The translations under genes were made by a program, and so were the position numbers. A stretch of 64,000 bases of DNA from Dehalococcoidia bacterium (GTDB lineage: Bacteria > Chloroflexota > Dehalococcoidia > UBA2979), in assembly GCA_965219085.1 (NCBI GenBank), contig OZ244720.1, forward strand, positions 2,912,001 through 2,976,000, given 5' to 3'. The notes beneath the pieces are model-generated. The model did not search any database, was not told the origin of the DNA, and worked only from the letters and a program-made list of their open reading frames with translations. Below are positions 60,561 through 64,000 of the stretch, one piece after another; within the stretch, counting starts at the first letter, position 1; every line of letters starts with the position of its first letter.

Positions 60561-61214
60561 TTAGGCCCGAGTGAACCCCGAAATGCGCCGCTGATAGACG
60601 ACGATGGCTGCTGCCAGAGCGACCAGGGCGCCGATCGCAGGCCAGCCGGGGCGGCCGTACGGGTCGTATTGCGGCAGGTCTGGGTCGCGTTCCGACAGTT
60701 CGTCGAGGGCTTCCAGAAGTTCTTCCAGTCCCTTGTCCGAGGGGCCGAGGTAGTACCAGTATCCCGCGAGGTCTCCAGCCTTCAATGGCGGCCAGCGCTC
60801 GGGGTCGTATTCAGACTGTTCATACTGGGCGGCACCTTCGGGGGTGACGACGACGACGAACGCGAGGTGTCGCTCACCTATCCTGGGCTCTCCTCTGGCA
60901 GGGCAGGGCGCCCAGGGAGTATCAGCTGATTTCGCGACGATCCTGTTCCCGGCCGAGATCCGCCCCTTCCAAGCCTGATCCACGGTAAGGACGTTGGTGC
61001 TCCAAGCCACCCCTTCGGTGATGCTCCGCTCCTCGAGTATGCCGGAGAACACGAGCGCTTCGCCTTCCCACCGCCACTCCAGTTCGCCGTCGAGAAAACG
61101 ATCAACCCAGTACCCGGCTAGTTCGGAACACGCGTCAGCCGGCGCGGGACGTGACGCGCTGAGCGCGAGCAGCGCGATCAGGACGGCAGCGAGCCAGATC
61201 CTGGTCGATCTCAT
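60561..61214 (-). CDS. Secreted, C-terminally anchored hypothetical protein (TIMP/NTR-like pattern)
   Basis: Signal peptide ending ADA-CS, VFSG...VDQAWKG...C pattern, C-terminal TM followed by RR. Confidence 0.55.
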   Translation of the reverse strand: MRSTRIWLAAVLIALLALSASRPAPADACSELAGYWVDRFLDGELEWRWEGEALVFSGILEERSITEGVAWSTNVLTVDQAWKGRISAGNRIVAKSADTPWAPCPARGEPRIGERHLAFVVVVTPEGAAQYEQSEYDPERWPPLKAGDLAGYWYYLGPSDKGLEELLEALDELSERDPDLPQYDPYGRPGWPAIGALVALAAAIVVYQRRISGFTRA

Positions 61215-61396
61215 CGCTCCCCCACGCCCCAGGTCCCAGAGCGGCCGTTCACGCGGATGGTCGCGGCGTCCTCGATACGCTCGAGGCGGCCGTCCATCGT
61301 GCCCGGGCGGTCCGCGACGTTGCCGAGGCGGCTCTGAGCGTCAGCCATCGGCTTGCCCCGGGCCGCCGGGTGCGCCGTCGTTGGGCGTCGCTTCCC

Positions 61397-62626
61397 CTAC
61401 CCGCGCGGCAGCCCGAGCCCGCGCGTCGCGATGATGTTGCGCTGGATCTCCGAGGATCCCCCGCCGATGGTGCCGATCACGGAGTGCACGTTCGACTGCG
61501 TGAAGACCGACTTCTGCGGCGAGTGCTCCGAGTCCGGGTCCCACACGTTCGAGTACAGCCCGTAGACCTTGATGCACGTGCGCGAGACGCGCTGCACCAG
61601 CTCCGAGGCGAACATCTTCGACGTCGAGGCCTCGTAGTTCGGGATGATGCCCCGCGCCTGCATCGAGATGATGCGGAACGAGTAGTTGAACATCACCTCG
61701 GACTCGACGTAGTGCTCGGCGATGGCCCCGCGCTGGCGCTGCAGCCCGCCCGCCTCGACCATGCGCTGACCCTCGGCTGTCCCCACGTTCTCGATCAGCC
61801 GGTCGATGCTCTTGCGGATCTGGATCGCGCCGGCGATGTTCGACCGCTCGAAGTCGAGCAGCGTGACGCCGACGTACCAACCGCGGTCCTCCTCGCCGAC
61901 GAGCTGGTCGGCTGGGACGTGCACGTTCTCGTAGAACGTCTCGTTCGTGCCGTGCTCCCAGCCCATCGTGATGATGGGACGGACGCTGATGCCGGGGCTC
62001 GTCATGTCCATGACGAGGAACGAGATGCCGCGGTGCTTGGGTGCATCCGGGTTCGTGCGGAACATCCCGAACAGCCAGTTCGACTTGTGCGCCGCCGAGG
62101 TCCACAGCTTCTGGCCGTTGATCACGTACTCGTCGCCGTCGCGCACGGCGCGCGTCTGCAGCGAGGCGAGGTCGGAGCCGGCGCCCGGCTCGGAGAAGCC
62201 CTGCGCCCAGCGGAACTCACCCCGCAGCGTGGGGGCCAGGAACTTCTGCTTCTGCTCCTCGTTGCCGTGGACGAGCAGTGTCGAGCCGAGCAGCGAGACG
62301 CCTGAGCCGCCGACCAGCGGGGCCTCGGCCTCGGCCATTTCCTGGTTGTAGATGAACTGCTCCATGGGCGTCATGCCGCCCCCGCCGTATTCCGTCGGCC
62401 AGTGCGGGGCGACCCAGCGCCTGGTCGAGAGGGCGTCGGCCCACTCGCTCGCGGCGGCCTGCGCCTCGGGCGTGCCCACCACCATGTCGCCCTGCCAGTC
62501 GCCCTCCAGGCCGCGGGGGCCGCGCTCGGCGATGCGGTCGCGGTAGTACTGCGGCAGGTTCCCTTCGATGAACAAGTGAACTTGCGTGCGGAATGCCGCC
62601 TGTTCGTCGTTGTCTGCCCAGTCCAT
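61397..62626 (-). CDS. Acyl-CoA dehydrogenase family protein 3 (recent duplicate of 59105..60334)
   Basis: Same motifs; long identical peptide runs and a shared upstream region. Confidence 0.93.
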   Translation of the reverse strand: MDWADNDEQAAFRTQVHLFIEGNLPQYYRDRIAERGPRGLEGDWQGDMVVGTPEAQAAASEWADALSTRRWVAPHWPTEYGGGGMTPMEQFIYNQEMAEAEAPLVGGSGVSLLGSTLLVHGNEEQKQKFLAPTLRGEFRWAQGFSEPGAGSDLASLQTRAVRDGDEYVINGQKLWTSAAHKSNWLFGMFRTNPDAPKHRGISFLVMDMTSPGISVRPIITMGWEHGTNETFYENVHVPADQLVGEEDRGWYVGVTLLDFERSNIAGAIQIRKSIDRLIENVGTAEGQRMVEAGGLQRQRGAIAEHYVESEVMFNYSFRIISMQARGIIPNYEASTSKMFASELVQRVSRTCIKVYGLYSNVWDPDSEHSPQKSVFTQSNVHSVIGTIGGGSSEIQRNIIATRGLGLPRG

Positions 62627-62765
62627 CGTGTCCTCCGTAATCACTATGTCTTGCGGGCCTTATAGCACCTTGAGGCACGCCTCACCACACGCGGCCATCC
62701 GGGCAGCACCGCACACCGCCCCCGGCGTGCATACTGTCCGCGCCATCCGACCGCCGAGGACGCCC

Positions 62766-64000
62766 ATGCCTGCACCCGACCTGCAAGAGCAACTCCGCCC
62801 GCTCTTCGACCCTCGGAGCGTCGCCGTCGTCGGCGCCACCAACACGCGTGGCAAGTGGGGGAACATGCTCATGGAGCGCCCGCTCAAGGGTGGCTTCCCG
62901 GGCCCGGTGTTCCCGGTCCACCCGACGGCCGAGGAGGTCATGGGACGCCGCGCGTACCCCTCGGTGCTCGACATTCCCGAGCCCGTCGACCTCGCCGTGC
63001 TGACCGTGCCCGCCCCCGTGACCGCGCAGGTGCTGCGCGAGTGCGGCGCGAAGGGCATCCGCGCCGCCGTGATCATCAGCGCGGGGTTCTCCGAGAGCGG
63101 CGCCGAGGGCGAGCAGCGCCAGGCCGACATCGTGAGCGCCGCCCGCGAGGCGGGCATCCGCTTCGTCGGGCCGAACTGCAACGGGATGTGGAGCGGATCG
63201 TCGAGGCTGAGCCTACACTCGCCGACGGCGCCCGCGAAGGGCCGCATCGCCTTCATCTCGCAGAGCGGCGCGTTCGGCGGTTCGCTGATCGAGGCGGCAT
63301 CGCGGCAGGGCTACGGCGTGAGTCGCTTCGTCAGCACCGGCAACCAGGCAGACCTCAACGACGCCGACTACCTCGAGTACCTCCAGGACGACCCCGAGAC
63401 CGACGTCATCGCGCTTTACATCGAGGGGCTGAAGGACCCGAGGCGGTTCCTCGAGACCGCCCGACGCGTCGTGGCGACCAAGCCGGTGCTTGTCTACAAG
63501 GCTGGCCGCAACCCCGTCGGCGCTCGCGCCGTGCACTCGCACACCGCCTCGCTGATGGTGCCGGACGACGTGTTCGACGCGGCCTGCCGCCAGTTCGGCC
63601 TGATCCGCGTGCACGAGGCGATTCACCTGTTCACGCTCGCCTCGGCGCTGTCGGAGGCGCCGCTACCACAAGGTCACCGCGTGGCGGTGATGTCGATGAC
63701 CGGTGGGCAGTGCGTCGTGACGTCGGACAGCTGCGCGTTCCTCGGGCTCGACGTGCCCGAGCTCGACGAGGAGACGCAGCAGCAGCTCATCCCGATGCTC
63801 GCCCCGCACGCGCCGAGGCCTCGCAACCCCGTCGACCTCGCGGGCGACTTCCGCGATGTGCGACTGTTCGCGCAGGTGGCCGACATTCTCGCTGACCTGC
63901 GGTATATCGACGGCCTCATCGTGTCCGCGCCGGGCGGCGCGGGCAGCGACGCGCTGGTGCGCGAGACGGCCGAGCGCATGGCGACGATCCCCGAGCGCAC
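62766..64000 (+). CDS. Acetate/acyl-CoA ligase (ADP-forming) family protein, runs off the window end
   Basis: Read from the DNA (not in the ORF track): LFDPRSVAVVGA, GPNC, ISQSGA, STGNQAD, SHT phospho-His motif, NPVDL. Confidence 0.9.
   Translation, partial: MPAPDLQEQLRPLFDPRSVAVVGATNTRGKWGNMLMERPLKGGFPGPVFPVHPTAEEVMGRRAYPSVLDIPEPVDLAVLTVPAPVTAQVLRECGAKGIRAAVIISAGFSESGAEGEQRQADIVSAAREAGIRFVGPNCNGMWSGSSRLSLHSPTAPAKGRIAFISQSGAFGGSLIEAASRQGYGVSRFVSTGNQADLNDADYLEYLQDDPETDVIALYIEGLKDPRRFLETARRVVATKPVLVYKAGRNPVGARAVHSHTASLMVPDDVFDAACRQFGLIRVHEAIHLFTLASALSEAPLPQGHRVAVMSMTGGQCVVTSDSCAFLGLDVPELDEETQQQLIPMLAPHAPRPRNPVDLAGDFRDVRLFAQVADILADLRYIDGLIVSAPGGAGSDALVRETAERMATIPER

Noticed and set aside
60470-60566. 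attC-like site after the secreted-protein gene (GCCTAAC at the stop; TCGAACC/GGTTCGA inverted repeat)
   Set aside because: No matching GTTRRRY box at the expected distance and no integron integrase. GTTAACC at about 55045 also fails the consensus.

Overview
High-GC (about 70% by eye) bacterial chromosome segment. It is most likely from Chloroflexota, class Dehalococcoidia. This is inferred from the fabD-fabG-nusB-acpP order, the insertions in ACP and FtsK, and the LLM and acyl-CoA dehydrogenase paralogues. The backbone is housekeeping: gcvPB, a ProVWX-type ABC importer, fdhD/FdhF-YdeP/mobA, two uracil-DNA glycosylases, polA-mutM, panDBC, yebC-ruvC-ruvA, uvrB, ftsK-rnj-tatBC-acpP-nusB-fabGD, and a cluster of three acyl-CoA dehydrogenases, a thiolase and a CoA ligase. 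Short accessory islets interrupt it: DUF1640-like coiled-coil genes, a MazEF module, an RRM protein, a 17-aa repeat protein, a GHKL kinase/STAS pair, and an IS5 element. The most striking observations are: (1) a membrane-anchored LuxR-HTH gene that appears split by a ~2.4 kb insert made of a surface metalloprotease gene plus IS5; (2) a six-gene MacB/FtsX-like system with two ~1100-aa divergent permeases; (3) a stand-alone GHKL+STAS module; (4) a SAM hydrolase/halogenase-family enzyme with an atypical TFEGRD motif; (5) a structured leader upstream of panDBC; (6) many apparently leaderless genes. No rRNA, tRNA or CRISPR array was recognised. Several +1 frameshifts near the window start look like sequencing errors. 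All calls come from motif recognition only; no searches were run.
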